Notes: generated from the letters alone by a model not told the origin. A stretch of DNA of 43,044 bases from Polyangia bacterium (GCA_036271915.1 DATAZS010000509.1:1-43044); one strand, 5' to 3'; shown: positions 8,771 through 16,791, counted from the stretch's first letter. Numbers and translations: made by a program.

Positions 8771-11352
8771 GCACGCTCGGCGGGCGCTGACGACGCGCCC
8801 TGAGCTTCGCGCAGCGCCGTGAGATCGGCCGTGAGGTTCTCGATGGCTTCCGCCTGCTGCGCGTTGGCGGTCCTGACCTTCCCGATGCTCGCGGCCACGG
8901 CGCCGACGTCCTTGGCGGTCGTGATCGCGCCCTTCGCGTGCTGCGCGACCGCCGAGACGATCTCTTTGACGTTCACGCGCATGTCGACGACGGCCTTCGA
9001 GATCTGGGAGCTGGCCGTCGCCTGCTCGGCGGCGGTGCGCGCGATCGTTCCGACGCCCGTGGTCTGCTTGGTCGCCGTGCCCGACAGGGCAGTCAAAGCG
9101 TCGGCCTGCTCCGCGACGGCGCGCGCGGTCTGCTTCGCGATGCGGCGAACGTCGTCGCCGGCCTTCGCGAGGCCTTCGAGCGCCTTGCCTTGCTCTCCCG
9201 TCGCCTTGGTGACCTCGGCGGCGAGCTTCGCGACTTGTCGAGTCGCCACCTCCATCTGTCCCATGGCGCGTGACTGCTCGGCGATCGCCTTCGCGCTCTG
9301 CGTCGTCTCTCTCTTCGTGCTCTCGACGGCCGTCGTCACCTCGGCAGCGCCGCGCGCTTGCTCGGCCAACCCCGTCACCATCCGCTGCGAAGCCGTCGTG
9401 ACCTCGGTCGCGAGCGTCGTCAGTCCCGTGAGCGCCCGCGTCTGCTCGACCATGGCGGCGGTCGTTTGCTGCGCCACCGTGCGCATGCGGGCCGCCGCCT
9501 TCGCGAGCTGCCCGGCGCCCGAGGCCTGCTCCTCGGCGGCGCGCGCCACCTTCTGAATGTTCGTGCCCAGCTGGGTCGTCGTCTTGACGTTCGCGCGGAT
9601 GGCGCGCGCCTGCTCGCCCGTCGCGTCCTTCGTCTGCTTGGCCATGCGCCGCATCTCGGTCGCGGCCTGGCTCAGGCTCTGGCTCGCGTTGACCTGCTCG
9701 GCGGCAGCGCGCGCGACGGCCTTGCCCTCGTCGCTGACGCGCGTCGTGCTCTGCGTGAGGGCCTGGACGGCCTGCGCCTGCTCGCCGCTCGCGCGCTCGA
9801 TGTCGGCGACACCGCGGCTCACGACGTCGATGCCCTGCAGGATCGAGCCGAGCGCCTTCTCGGCGTCGCCCGCGAGCCGCGCGCCCTCGTCGGCGACCTT
9901 GAGGCCGTCGCTCGAGGCCGTGACGGCGTCTCGCGCCGTGCTCTGCAGGCCTCGCACGATCTTCGCGATGTCGGCGCTCGCCGCCGCCGCGCGATCGGAC
10001 AGCGCGCGGATCTCCTCGGCGACGACGGCGAAGCCGCGGCCGTGCTCCCCGGCGCGCGCCGCCTCGATGCTCGCGTTGAGCGACAGCAGGTTCGTGCGGT
10101 CGGCGAGGAGGTTGATGGTCTGGACGATGTCGCCGATCTCCTCGGTGCGCTTGCCCATCTCCTTGATGACGGAGGACGACTCCTGCATCGCTTGTCGAAT
10201 GCCGCCCATGCCCGCGATCGATCGCCCGACGACGGCGCCACCGTCGCGCGCCGTCGCCGTCACCTCGTCGGTCGTGCGACGGGTCGTCGTGATGAGCTCG
10301 ACGATGCGCCGCGCGGCCCCTTCGGCCTGACCCGACGCCGCGGCATTGCTGCTCGCGAGCGTGTTGATTTGATCCGCCGAGCGCGCCATCGCGTGCGCCG
10401 AGCGCGCGAGCTGCTCGATGCTCGTGGCATTCGCGTCGATGACCGCGGCGTTCTTCTCGGCGGTCGCGGCGACCTCCTCGACGGAGGCGGCCAGCTCCGT
10501 GAGCGTGGTCGAGGAGCTCGCGGCGGCGCCTTCGAGCTCCTTGACCTGCTCGGCGATGCCGCGCGCCGAGCGCGACATCTGCTCCGCCGTCGCGGAGGTC
10601 TCCTCGACGGCCGTCGCCATCTCGGCGCCGTCCTTCGCGACGCGTTCGACGGTCGAGGCCGTGCTCGCGATGGCGCCCGTCATCTCGGCGATGCGCGCGC
10701 CGACGCCCTCGGCGTCCGTCGCGAGCCGGGTGACCCCCTTCGCCATGCCGCCCACCGTCGACGTGACCTGCTCCATCGCGGCCGCCGTCGATTGGCCGCG
10801 CTCGGCGAGCTCCTTGATGCTGAGCGTGCTCTCCGTCGTCGCGGCGAGCAGCTCTTCGGCCGACGCCGCCAGATCCTCGGCGTTCGCGCCCACGCCCTTG
10901 ATCGAGCGCGTCGTCTCTTCGAGCATGGCCGCCGTCGACTCGGTCGACGTCGCGAGCGCCTCGCCGTCCTTCTTGACGCCGCCCACGGACGAGGCGATCT
11001 CGCGCAGCCCGCTGCTCACCGTCTGCTGCGCCTGCTCGAGCTCCTTGGCGGTCTCGGCGGCGTGGCCTTGTGAGCGCGCGAGGCTCTGCACGGAGGTCGC
11101 CGTCTCCTCGATGCCGGCCGCGAGGGCCTCCATCGAGACGCGCACCTGTTCGCTCGCGGCGGCCTGCTCATTGCCACCGGCCGCGAGCCGCGTCGCGGCC
11201 TCCTCGATCGACGAGGCCTGCGCCGCCGAGTCGCGGAGCGCGCGCGCGGCGTCGGTCGCGCCCGACAGGGCGTCGTCGAGGCTCACGCGGCGGTTGCCGT
11301 TCGTCCCGCTCGCGTTCTTCGTGCTACTCGGCATGCTCCCGCTCCTCGCCAA
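8767..11352 (-). CDS. mcp: Soluble (no TM segment) methyl-accepting chemotaxis protein, 861 aa, with a central signalling hairpin
   Basis: The canonical MCP tip [50 protein letters not shown] sits at residues 404-454 (AGEHGRGF is encoded at 10030-10053). There is no hydrophobic stretch, and Ala/Glu/Thr/Gln-rich helical sequence flanks it on both sides. Alternative start at ATG 11334. Either start overlaps the cheW 3' end. Confidence 0.93.
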   Translation of the reverse strand: MARSGSMPSSTKNASGTNGNRRVSLDDALSGATDAARALRDSAAQASSIEEAATRLAAGGNEQAAASEQVRVSMEALAAGIEETATSVQSLARSQGHAAETAKELEQAQQTVSSGLREIASSVGGVKKDGEALATSTESTAAMLEETTRSIKGVGANAEDLAASAEELLAATTESTLSIKELAERGQSTAAAMEQVTSTVGGMAKGVTRLATDAEGVGARIAEMTGAIASTASTVERVAKDGAEMATAVEETSATAEQMSRSARGIAEQVKELEGAAASSSTTLTELAASVEEVAATAEKNAAVIDANATSIEQLARSAHAMARSADQINTLASSNAAASGQAEGAARRIVELITTTRRTTDEVTATARDGGAVVGRSIAGMGGIRQAMQESSSVIKEMGKRTEEIGDIVQTINLLADRTNLLSLNASIEAARAGEHGRGFAVVAEEIRALSDRAAAASADIAKIVRGLQSTARDAVTASSDGLKVADEGARLAGDAEKALGSILQGIDVVSRGVADIERASGEQAQAVQALTQSTTRVSDEGKAVARAAAEQVNASQSLSQAATEMRRMAKQTKDATGEQARAIRANVKTTTQLGTNIQKVARAAEEQASGAGQLAKAAARMRTVAQQTTAAMVEQTRALTGLTTLATEVTTASQRMVTGLAEQARGAAEVTTAVESTKRETTQSAKAIAEQSRAMGQMEVATRQVAKLAAEVTKATGEQGKALEGLAKAGDDVRRIAKQTARAVAEQADALTALSGTATKQTTGVGTIARTAAEQATASSQISKAVVDMRVNVKEIVSAVAQHAKGAITTAKDVGAVAASIGKVRTANAQQAEAIENLTADLTALREAQGASSAPAERA
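8770..9783 (-). repeat. In-frame 84-nt / 28-residue periodic array (about 12 units) forming the C-terminal arm of the MCP
   Basis: An 'EQ' dipeptide occurs at residues 524, 552, 580, 608, 636, 664, 692, 720, 748 and 776. That is ten consecutive intervals of exactly 28 residues. Degenerate QH (804) and QQ (832) follow in the same phase. The units are diverged in sequence, so they are not recent DNA duplicates. Confidence 0.85.
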
Positions 11353-11761
11353 TGACCTTCGTGAAATCGATCAACATGAGCAGCCGGTTGCCCGCTTGCG
11401 CGACGGCCTTCACGAGCCCGTCGGTCTGCTGCACGACGACGGGCGGCGGCGGCTGAAAGTCGGCGGCCGGGATCTTCAGCACCTCGCGCGCGCTGTCGAC
11501 CAAGAGGCCGACGGTTCGCTCGCCGCGCTTCATGACGATGACGCGTGAGTCGATCGTCGCCGCGATCCGCTCGAGGCCGAAGACGACGCGCATGTCGAGC
11601 ACGGGGACGACGCGGCCGCGGATCTGTACGAGCCCCGCGACCTGCTCGGCGGCGCCCGGCACCTTCGTCGCGGCCGTGAATGACTCCATCTGCAGGACGT
11701 CGGCCGCGGGCAGGACGTACTCGACGTCCGCGATCTTGCACAGCACGTGGAGCTCGCTCAC
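11324..11761 (-). CDS. cheW: Chemotaxis coupling protein CheW
   Basis: 145-aa single CheW-like domain ([36 protein letters not shown]). 4-nt overlap with the cheA stop. Confidence 0.93.
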   Translation of the reverse strand: MSELHVLCKIADVEYVLPAADVLQMESFTAATKVPGAAEQVAGLVQIRGRVVPVLDMRVVFGLERIAATIDSRVIVMKRGERTVGLLVDSAREVLKIPAADFQPPPPVVVQQTDGLVKAVAQAGNRLLMLIDFTKVIGEEREHAE

Positions 11762-13827
11762 GACGGCTCCCCCGTCCCATCGGCGACGAGCCGTCCGCCG
11801 AGCGCCGCCAGGTCGAGGACGAGCGTGGGCCGTCCGTCGCCGAGGTCCGTCGTTCCCGACACGCCGTGCACGCGCACGAGCTGATCCTCGAGGGGGCGCA
11901 CGACGACCTCTTGCTGACCGAGCATGCGATCGACCGTGAACGCGAACGGCTCGCCGTTGCGCCTCACGATGATGGCCTTGCGGTGCAGGTCGTCGCCGAC
12001 GCCGAGGCCCAGGATCTCCTCGAGGCGCAGCACGGGCACCGTCTCGCCGCGACGATGAATCATGTCGGTGGCGCGCGCGGCGCGGCGACGATCGGGCTCG
12101 CCCCGCGGCGCCTTTCGCCGATCGGGGCCGCGCACCGTCTTCGCGAGATCGATCTCCTGGATCTCCTCTACCATGGCGACGGGCACGACGAAGGTCTCAC
12201 CGCCGCAGAGGAACGAGAAGGCGTCGACGATCGTGATGCTGAGCGGAATGCGCAGCGAGAACATCGTCCCTCTCCCCTTGGTCGTCGTCATGGACAGCTC
12301 GCCGCGCAGCTCGTCGACGGCGATGCGCTTGACGACGTCCATGCCGACGCCGCGACCGCTCGTCGTCGTGACCTCGGTCTTCGTCGAGAGGCCGGGCCGC
12401 GTCAGCAGCGCGAGCAGGCCGTCGTCGGTCGTGGGAACGGGCGCGCCAGCGCGGCGCGCGACGGCGACTGCGTCGACGCCGCGACCGTCGTCGGTGACGG
12501 TCAATTCGAGCTGGCTGTCGGACAGCTCGTGGCACGCCACCGTGACGAGCCCCGTCTCGGGCTTCCCCGCGGCGCGCCGCTCGGCCGGCGTCTCGAGCGC
12601 GTGGTCGACGGCGTTGCGCACGAGGTGGACGATCGCGGGGAAGATCCGCTCGGCGACGGCCTTGTCGAGCTCGGCGTTGCCCGTCGTCATCGACAGACGC
12701 GCGTCCTTGCCCGTCGTGCGGCTCAGCCCGCGAACGATGAGGGGAATGCGCTCGAGCAGCTCGGTCACCGACACCATGCGCGCGCGCATGATCGAGGCGC
12801 GCAGGTCGCGCAGCTGGCGGCCGTTCTCCGAGATCACCTGGGCGAGCGCGCGCACGTCGGCGCCGGCGGCCCGCATCTCGGCCATCGTCCTTCGAAGGCG
12901 AAACTGGGTCACGACGAGCGCGGACAGGCGCTCGAGCGCCTCGTCGAGCCGCGCGACCTCGACGCGAACGACGCCGCGATGATGGAGATCGTCGTCGGAG
13001 GTCTCTTCGTCGAGTGCTTCCAAATTGGAAGAGCCGGAAGAGCCGGAAGAGTCAGACGAAGGCGCGAGCAAACTGACAGCCGTCAACGCTTCGGGCGTCG
13101 TCGCGGCGGCGGTCGCGAGCTCGGCGTCCGCGCCCTCCGTGAGCAGGACCAGCGCGAAGGCGAGGCCGCCTGGCGAGGCGTCGGTCGTCGCCGTCGAGAC
13201 CGGGACGACCTTGACGATCTCGGCGAGCGTCGCGATGCGCTCGCGGACCGAGGTGATCGTGATCCCCTCGCTCGCGCGCACCGGCGTGGGCACGAAGTGG
13301 ACGATGAGCGCGCGTCGACCGTCGACGAGGCCTTGCGTGAGCTGGCCCCGCTCGGCGGCGTTCATCTTGCCCCAGAGCTCGGCCGGCATCGTCGTCTCGA
13401 CGCTCGCGGCGGCGCGCTCGTCGCCCGTCTGGCGGAGCGCGTTCAACGCGTCGACGAGCTTCGCGGGCGCCGCGGCGACGGTCTTTCGTTTCGCGAGCGC
13501 CTGCACGCGATTCTCGACGGCCTTCACGCCCGCGAGCAGCAGGCTGACGGCGCCCGCGGGCAGCCGCCCAGCGGCCCGATCCGCCTCGCGCAGCACCGAC
13601 TCCATGGCGTGCGCGATGTCGACGATGGGCTCGACGCCCACCATGGCCGCGAGGCCTTTGATGGTATGGAACGAGCGAAAGAGCTCGCGCACCTGTCGCG
13701 GCGTCGCTTGTCCCTTGGCGACAGCCTCCTCGACCGACAGAAGGTTCGTGTTGGCCGACGCGAGGTGCTCCTCGGCCTCGGCCGTGAACCCTGCGATGAA
13801 GTCGGAGGCCTCGAACCCGTCGCTCAC
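11758..13827 (-). CDS. cheA: Chemotaxis histidine kinase CheA
   Basis: HPt P1 with the phospho-His motif FRSFHTIKGLAAMVG, a dimerisation region, HATPase (HLVRNAVDHA, TSGRGVGMDVV) and a C-terminal CheW-like P5 domain. There is no C-terminal receiver. Confidence 0.95.
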   Translation of the reverse strand: MSDGFEASDFIAGFTAEAEEHLASANTNLLSVEEAVAKGQATPRQVRELFRSFHTIKGLAAMVGVEPIVDIAHAMESVLREADRAAGRLPAGAVSLLLAGVKAVENRVQALAKRKTVAAAPAKLVDALNALRQTGDERAAASVETTMPAELWGKMNAAERGQLTQGLVDGRRALIVHFVPTPVRASEGITITSVRERIATLAEIVKVVPVSTATTDASPGGLAFALVLLTEGADAELATAAATTPEALTAVSLLAPSSDSSGSSGSSNLEALDEETSDDDLHHRGVVRVEVARLDEALERLSALVVTQFRLRRTMAEMRAAGADVRALAQVISENGRQLRDLRASIMRARMVSVTELLERIPLIVRGLSRTTGKDARLSMTTGNAELDKAVAERIFPAIVHLVRNAVDHALETPAERRAAGKPETGLVTVACHELSDSQLELTVTDDGRGVDAVAVARRAGAPVPTTDDGLLALLTRPGLSTKTEVTTTSGRGVGMDVVKRIAVDELRGELSMTTTKGRGTMFSLRIPLSITIVDAFSFLCGGETFVVPVAMVEEIQEIDLAKTVRGPDRRKAPRGEPDRRRAARATDMIHRRGETVPVLRLEEILGLGVGDDLHRKAIIVRRNGEPFAFTVDRMLGQQEVVVRPLEDQLVRVHGVSGTTDLGDGRPTLVLDLAALGGRLVADGTGEPS
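13027..13053 (-). repeat. 9-bp tandem repeat x3 (GGAAGAGCC GGAAGAGCC GGAAGAGTC) inside the cheA linker
   Basis: Read directly on the plus strand. It encodes the SSGSSGSS part of the Ser/Asp-rich linker ...APSSDSSGSSGSSNLEALDEETSDDD... between the N-terminal region and the dimerisation domain. Confidence 0.9.
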
Positions 13828-14210
13828 GTCTGGATCCCTGGACGTCCGTTGGTCAACGATTTGACCTCGCCCAGGAGTGCGTCCGGTGAGAAGGGCTTCG
13901 TCATGAAGCGCGTCGCGCCCGCGGCGAGGGCGCGCGCGCGCGAGCTCTCGTCACCGCGCGTCGTCACGACGAGGATCGGCAACGTGCGCAGCTTGTCCTG
14001 ACCGCGAATGAACTCGATGACCTCGTAGCCGCTGATGTCGGGCATGTTGAGATCGAGCACGACGAAGTCGAACGGCCTGAGGGAGAGCCGCTCGAGCGCC
14101 TCGAGGCCGCTGGCCGCTTGCGTGAAGCTCACGCCCTCGATGCCACGCAGACACGCGATCTCCATCTCGCGCATCACCTTGCTGTCGTCGACGATGAGGG
14201 CTTCGGGCAT
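13824..14210 (-). CDS. cheY: Single-domain CheY-like response regulator, first gene of the che operon
   Basis: 128-aa receiver with LIVDDS, FVVLDLNMPDISG, LVVTTRG and FMTKPF. 4-nt overlap with the cheA start. Confidence 0.93.
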   Translation of the reverse strand: MPEALIVDDSKVMREMEIACLRGIEGVSFTQAASGLEALERLSLRPFDFVVLDLNMPDISGYEVIEFIRGQDKLRTLPILVVTTRGDESSRARALAAGATRFMTKPFSPDALLGEVKSLTNGRPGIQT

Positions 14211-14259
14211 GGGTTGCCGCCCGAGGGGCGGGAAGCCAGCCTAAGAACGACTGCATATC

Positions 14260-14287
14260 GTGTCAAGGCCACGAATCCCTTTGACAC
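14260..14287. promoter_or_regulatory. Imperfect inverted repeat GTGTCAAGG-N9-CCTTTGACAC in the divergent che / kinase promoter region
   Basis: Read directly. The 7-bp core arms GTGTCAA / TTGACAC are perfect. The repeat lies in the 105-bp gap between the cheY start (14210) and the kinase GTG (14316), and the right arm contains a TTGACA -35-like hexamer. Confidence 0.3.
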
Positions 14288-14315
14288 CCCGTGACCCACT
14301 GCCTACGTTCGGAAC

Positions 14316-15788
14316 GTGCAGGGCGCCGTAAAATCACGACCTTCCGTTTGGGTCGTCGATGACAGCCCCCTCGACACGGAGCGTGCCCGCAAGGTGCTCG
14401 AGGTCCCGTACGACGTCAGGGTGTTCGCTGACGGCTCCGCGATGCTCGAGCATCTCGCGAGCCATCAACCGCCGGACGTGTTGGTCCTCGACTGGGTCAT
14501 GCCCGGCGTGTCCGGCATCGAGGTCTGCCGCTTCCTTCGCTCGGGCAGCGCGGCGCAGCCGCAGCTCGCGATCTTGTTGCTGACGACGCAGACGCGCACG
14601 GACGACATCGTCGAAGGGCTCGCGGCCGGCGCGAACGACTACCTCGTCAAGCCGTACGCCGATCCCGAGCTGCGCGCGCGCGTCGACGCGCTCGTGCGCT
14701 GGAACGGCCTGCTCGATCGCGCGCAGAAGGCCGAGGCGAGCGTCCTGCAATTGCTCGAGCACGCCCCCGATCCGCTCATCAGCGTCGACCGCGACCATCG
14801 CATCTCGTACGTCAACGCCGAGGCCCAGCGCGTCTTCGGTCAGAGCGCGTCGCAGCTCGCCGGGAAGACTTTGAAGGAGGTGTTGCCGACGTTCCCCGCG
14901 GACCGGCTCGGCGACGCCGTTCGCACGGCGCTGCCGCTCGCCGACATCGAGATCGAAGAGCAAATCTACTCGCCGTCGGTGCGGCTGCTCCCGAGCTCGA
15001 GCGACGGTGGCCTCACGATCGCGCTGCGCGACGTGACCTCGCGGCGGAAGAAGGAGTCGCGGCGCCTCGATTTTTATACGGTGATCGCGCACGACCTGCG
15101 CTCGCCGCTCGGCGCGATGCTCATGCGCACCGATCTCATGCTGCGCGGCCACCGCGGCGTCCTCTCGACGGAGATGATCGCCGATCTTCGGAAGATGGAC
15201 GCCAACATGCGCAGGCTCGTCGCGCTCATCAACGACTTCCTGGACTTTGCGCGCATGGAAGACGCCGCCCACAAGTTGGCGCGCGCGCGCGTCGATCTCG
15301 CCGACCTCATGAACGAGGTGGCCGACGAGTTCAAGCCCCTCGTCGAGAGCACCCACCAGCGCATCGAGCTCGAGGCCGAGCGAGGTGTCGTCGTCGCGCT
15401 CGGCGACAAGAGCCGTCTGCAACAGGTCCTCACGAACCTTCTCGCCAACGCCATCAAGTTCGCGCCCGCGGGCGGCGTCATCGTGCTGCGCGCGCGCATG
15501 CAAGGTCACTGGTGCGAGATCAGCGTCGAGGACGACGGGCCGGGCATTCCGGCTGAGCTCTTGCCGACGCTGTTCAAACGGTACAGCCGCGGACCGACGG
15601 GGATCGGGCAAGCGGCAGGCACGGGGCTGGGCCTTCTCATCGTGCGCGAGATCGTCGAAGCCCACGGCGGAACGGCCGGCGTCGAGAGCGAGCCCAATCG
15701 AGGAAGCCGATTTTGGTTTCGCATCCCGACTGCGGATCCAGGCTTCGTCGAGACCGGACTCGGGATCGCCGAATCGCCGACGGTGTGA
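14316..15788 (+). CDS. REC-PAS-HisKA-HATPase sensor kinase (receiver at the N-terminus)
   Basis: GTG start. Receiver motifs VWVVDDS, VLVLDWVMPGVSG, LLLTTQT and YLVKPY. PAS region (LLEHAPDPLISVDRDHRISYVNAEAQRVFG). H-box VIAHDLRSPL, N-box NLLANAIKF, G-box GTGLGLLIV. Confidence 0.93.
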   Translation: MQGAVKSRPSVWVVDDSPLDTERARKVLEVPYDVRVFADGSAMLEHLASHQPPDVLVLDWVMPGVSGIEVCRFLRSGSAAQPQLAILLLTTQTRTDDIVEGLAAGANDYLVKPYADPELRARVDALVRWNGLLDRAQKAEASVLQLLEHAPDPLISVDRDHRISYVNAEAQRVFGQSASQLAGKTLKEVLPTFPADRLGDAVRTALPLADIEIEEQIYSPSVRLLPSSSDGGLTIALRDVTSRRKKESRRLDFYTVIAHDLRSPLGAMLMRTDLMLRGHRGVLSTEMIADLRKMDANMRRLVALINDFLDFARMEDAAHKLARARVDLADLMNEVADEFKPLVESTHQRIELEAERGVVVALGDKSRLQQVLTNLLANAIKFAPAGGVIVLRARMQGHWCEISVEDDGPGIPAELLPTLFKRYSRGPTGIGQAAGTGLGLLIVREIVEAHGGTAGVESEPNRGSRFWFRIPTADPGFVETGLGIAESPTV

Positions 15789-15871
15789 CCGGTTCCGAAT
15801 TGTTATTGGCAAACCGTGAAAGCGCGCCGCCGCGTTGGCTGGATGCCTAGATATCAAGGCGACGTGCCGCG

Positions 15872-16240
15872 ATGAGATCCGTCCGCTCAATTCTGATCGT
15901 CGATGACGATGAAGATGTTCGAACGACGCTGGTGGACGCCCTGCGGTTCGAAGGCTTCGCCGTCGAATCGGCGCGCGACGGTCGGGAGGGCCTGGCTTGG
16001 CTTCGTGGCCATCAGGAGACGCCGTGGGTCGTCTTGCTCGATCTGATGATGCCCGTCATGAACGGTCGGGCGTTTCTCGAGGTCAGGGCGAGCGAGCCGG
16101 CGTTGGCTGCGATCCCCGTGATCGTCCTGACCGCGGGGGGCGACTGCCGCGAGCTCAAGGCCGCGGGATACATCGAGCACTGCCTGCCGAAGACGACGTC
16201 GCTTCAAGAGATCGTCGCCACGATCGAAGCGTGCGGCTGA
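15872..16240 (+). CDS. Orphan single-domain response regulator (receiver only)
   Basis: 122 aa with ILIVDDDEDV, VVLLDLMMPVMNG, VIVLTAGG and CLPKT. Confidence 0.9.
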   Translation: MRSVRSILIVDDDEDVRTTLVDALRFEGFAVESARDGREGLAWLRGHQETPWVVLLDLMMPVMNGRAFLEVRASEPALAAIPVIVLTAGGDCRELKAAGYIEHCLPKTTSLQEIVATIEACG

Positions 16241-16300
16241 GATGGAACGCGCGCCACGCGACACAGACGCTCCGCTGTCTTGACTCGCGTGTGAGCGGAT

Positions 16301-16317
16301 ACACCTTTCAAAGGTGT
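16301..16317. promoter_or_regulatory. Perfect 8-bp-arm palindrome ACACCTTT-c-AAAGGTGT overlapping the annotated GTG start of the next receiver gene
   Basis: Read directly. The GTG at 16314-16316 lies inside the right arm. Confidence 0.3.
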
Positions 16318-16721
16318 CGGAGACGGGCCCGGTGTTGCCTCGAAGACGCCATGACTGGCGCGTCTTGGTCATCGAGGATGACTTCGAAATTCAGGTGACT
16401 GTTGCCGATTTGCTGCGCGAGGAGGGGTATGAGGTCACGTGCGCCGCCAACGGCGCCGAGGGGCTGAGAGCGCTGGAGGCGATGTCGAAGCTCCCGTCCC
16501 TGATCATCTTGGACATGTGGATGCCTGAGATGGATGGCGTGCGATTTCTGGCCGTTCAGAGAACAATCCCGCGCTTCGCCAACATACCCGTGCTGATCAC
16601 GACGGCCGTCAAACCCAGCCGCGCCGTCGACGAGATCGCGGGCGTTCCCGTCCTCATGAAACCGCTGAGCGCGACGTCGCTCCTCGCGGCCGTCGAGCAA
16701 CTGCGATGCGATGGGCCTTGA
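16314..16721 (+). CDS. Second orphan single-domain response regulator
   Basis: Receiver motifs VLVIEDD, LIILDMWMPEMDG, VLITTA and LMKPL. The start is ambiguous: GTG 16314 (inside the palindrome, no spaced RBS), or GTG 16332 / TTG 16335, which sit 9-12 nt after GGAG at 16319-16322. Confidence 0.88.
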   Translation: MSETGPVLPRRRHDWRVLVIEDDFEIQVTVADLLREEGYEVTCAANGAEGLRALEAMSKLPSLIILDMWMPEMDGVRFLAVQRTIPRFANIPVLITTAVKPSRAVDEIAGVPVLMKPLSATSLLAAVEQLRCDGP

Positions 16722-16745
16722 GAGACGGGATGGCAGTCTTCGCGT

Positions 16746-16764
16746 GAGTGCTTACAGATAAGGC
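16746..16764 (+). promoter_or_regulatory. AT-rich motif GAGTGCTTACAGATAAGGC (copy A), 27 nt upstream of the DUF2934 gene start
   Basis: Near-identical to 23643-23662. It lies within and next to the loop of a stem formed by GAGTGC (16746-16751) and GCACTC (16770-16775). GGAG RBS at 16781-16784. Confidence 0.35.
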
Positions 16765-16791
16765 GATCCGCACTCGCAACGGAGATCAGCC

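Noticed and set aside
8819-14001. Long plus-strand ORFs antisense to mcp/cheW/cheA (8819..9556, 9358..11073, 9557..10330, 10418..11548, 11680..14001, 12062..12982, 13025..13864).
   Set aside because: These are shadow frames of strongly supported minus-strand genes. Their products are Arg/Ala/Ser-rich with no motifs, which is typical of high-GC DNA.
14334-15890. A 518-aa minus-strand ORF opposite the REC-PAS kinase.
   Set aside because: It is an antisense shadow ORF with an Arg/Asp/Glu-rich product and no domain. The plus-strand frame carries complete receiver, H-box, N-box and G-box motifs.
14278-16317. A possible relationship between the 14260-14287 inverted repeat and the 16301-16317 palindrome, which share the heptamer TCAAAGG.
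   Set aside because: The GTGT/ACAC parts sit on opposite sides of the shared heptamer, so the half-sites are not equivalent. This is most likely chance.
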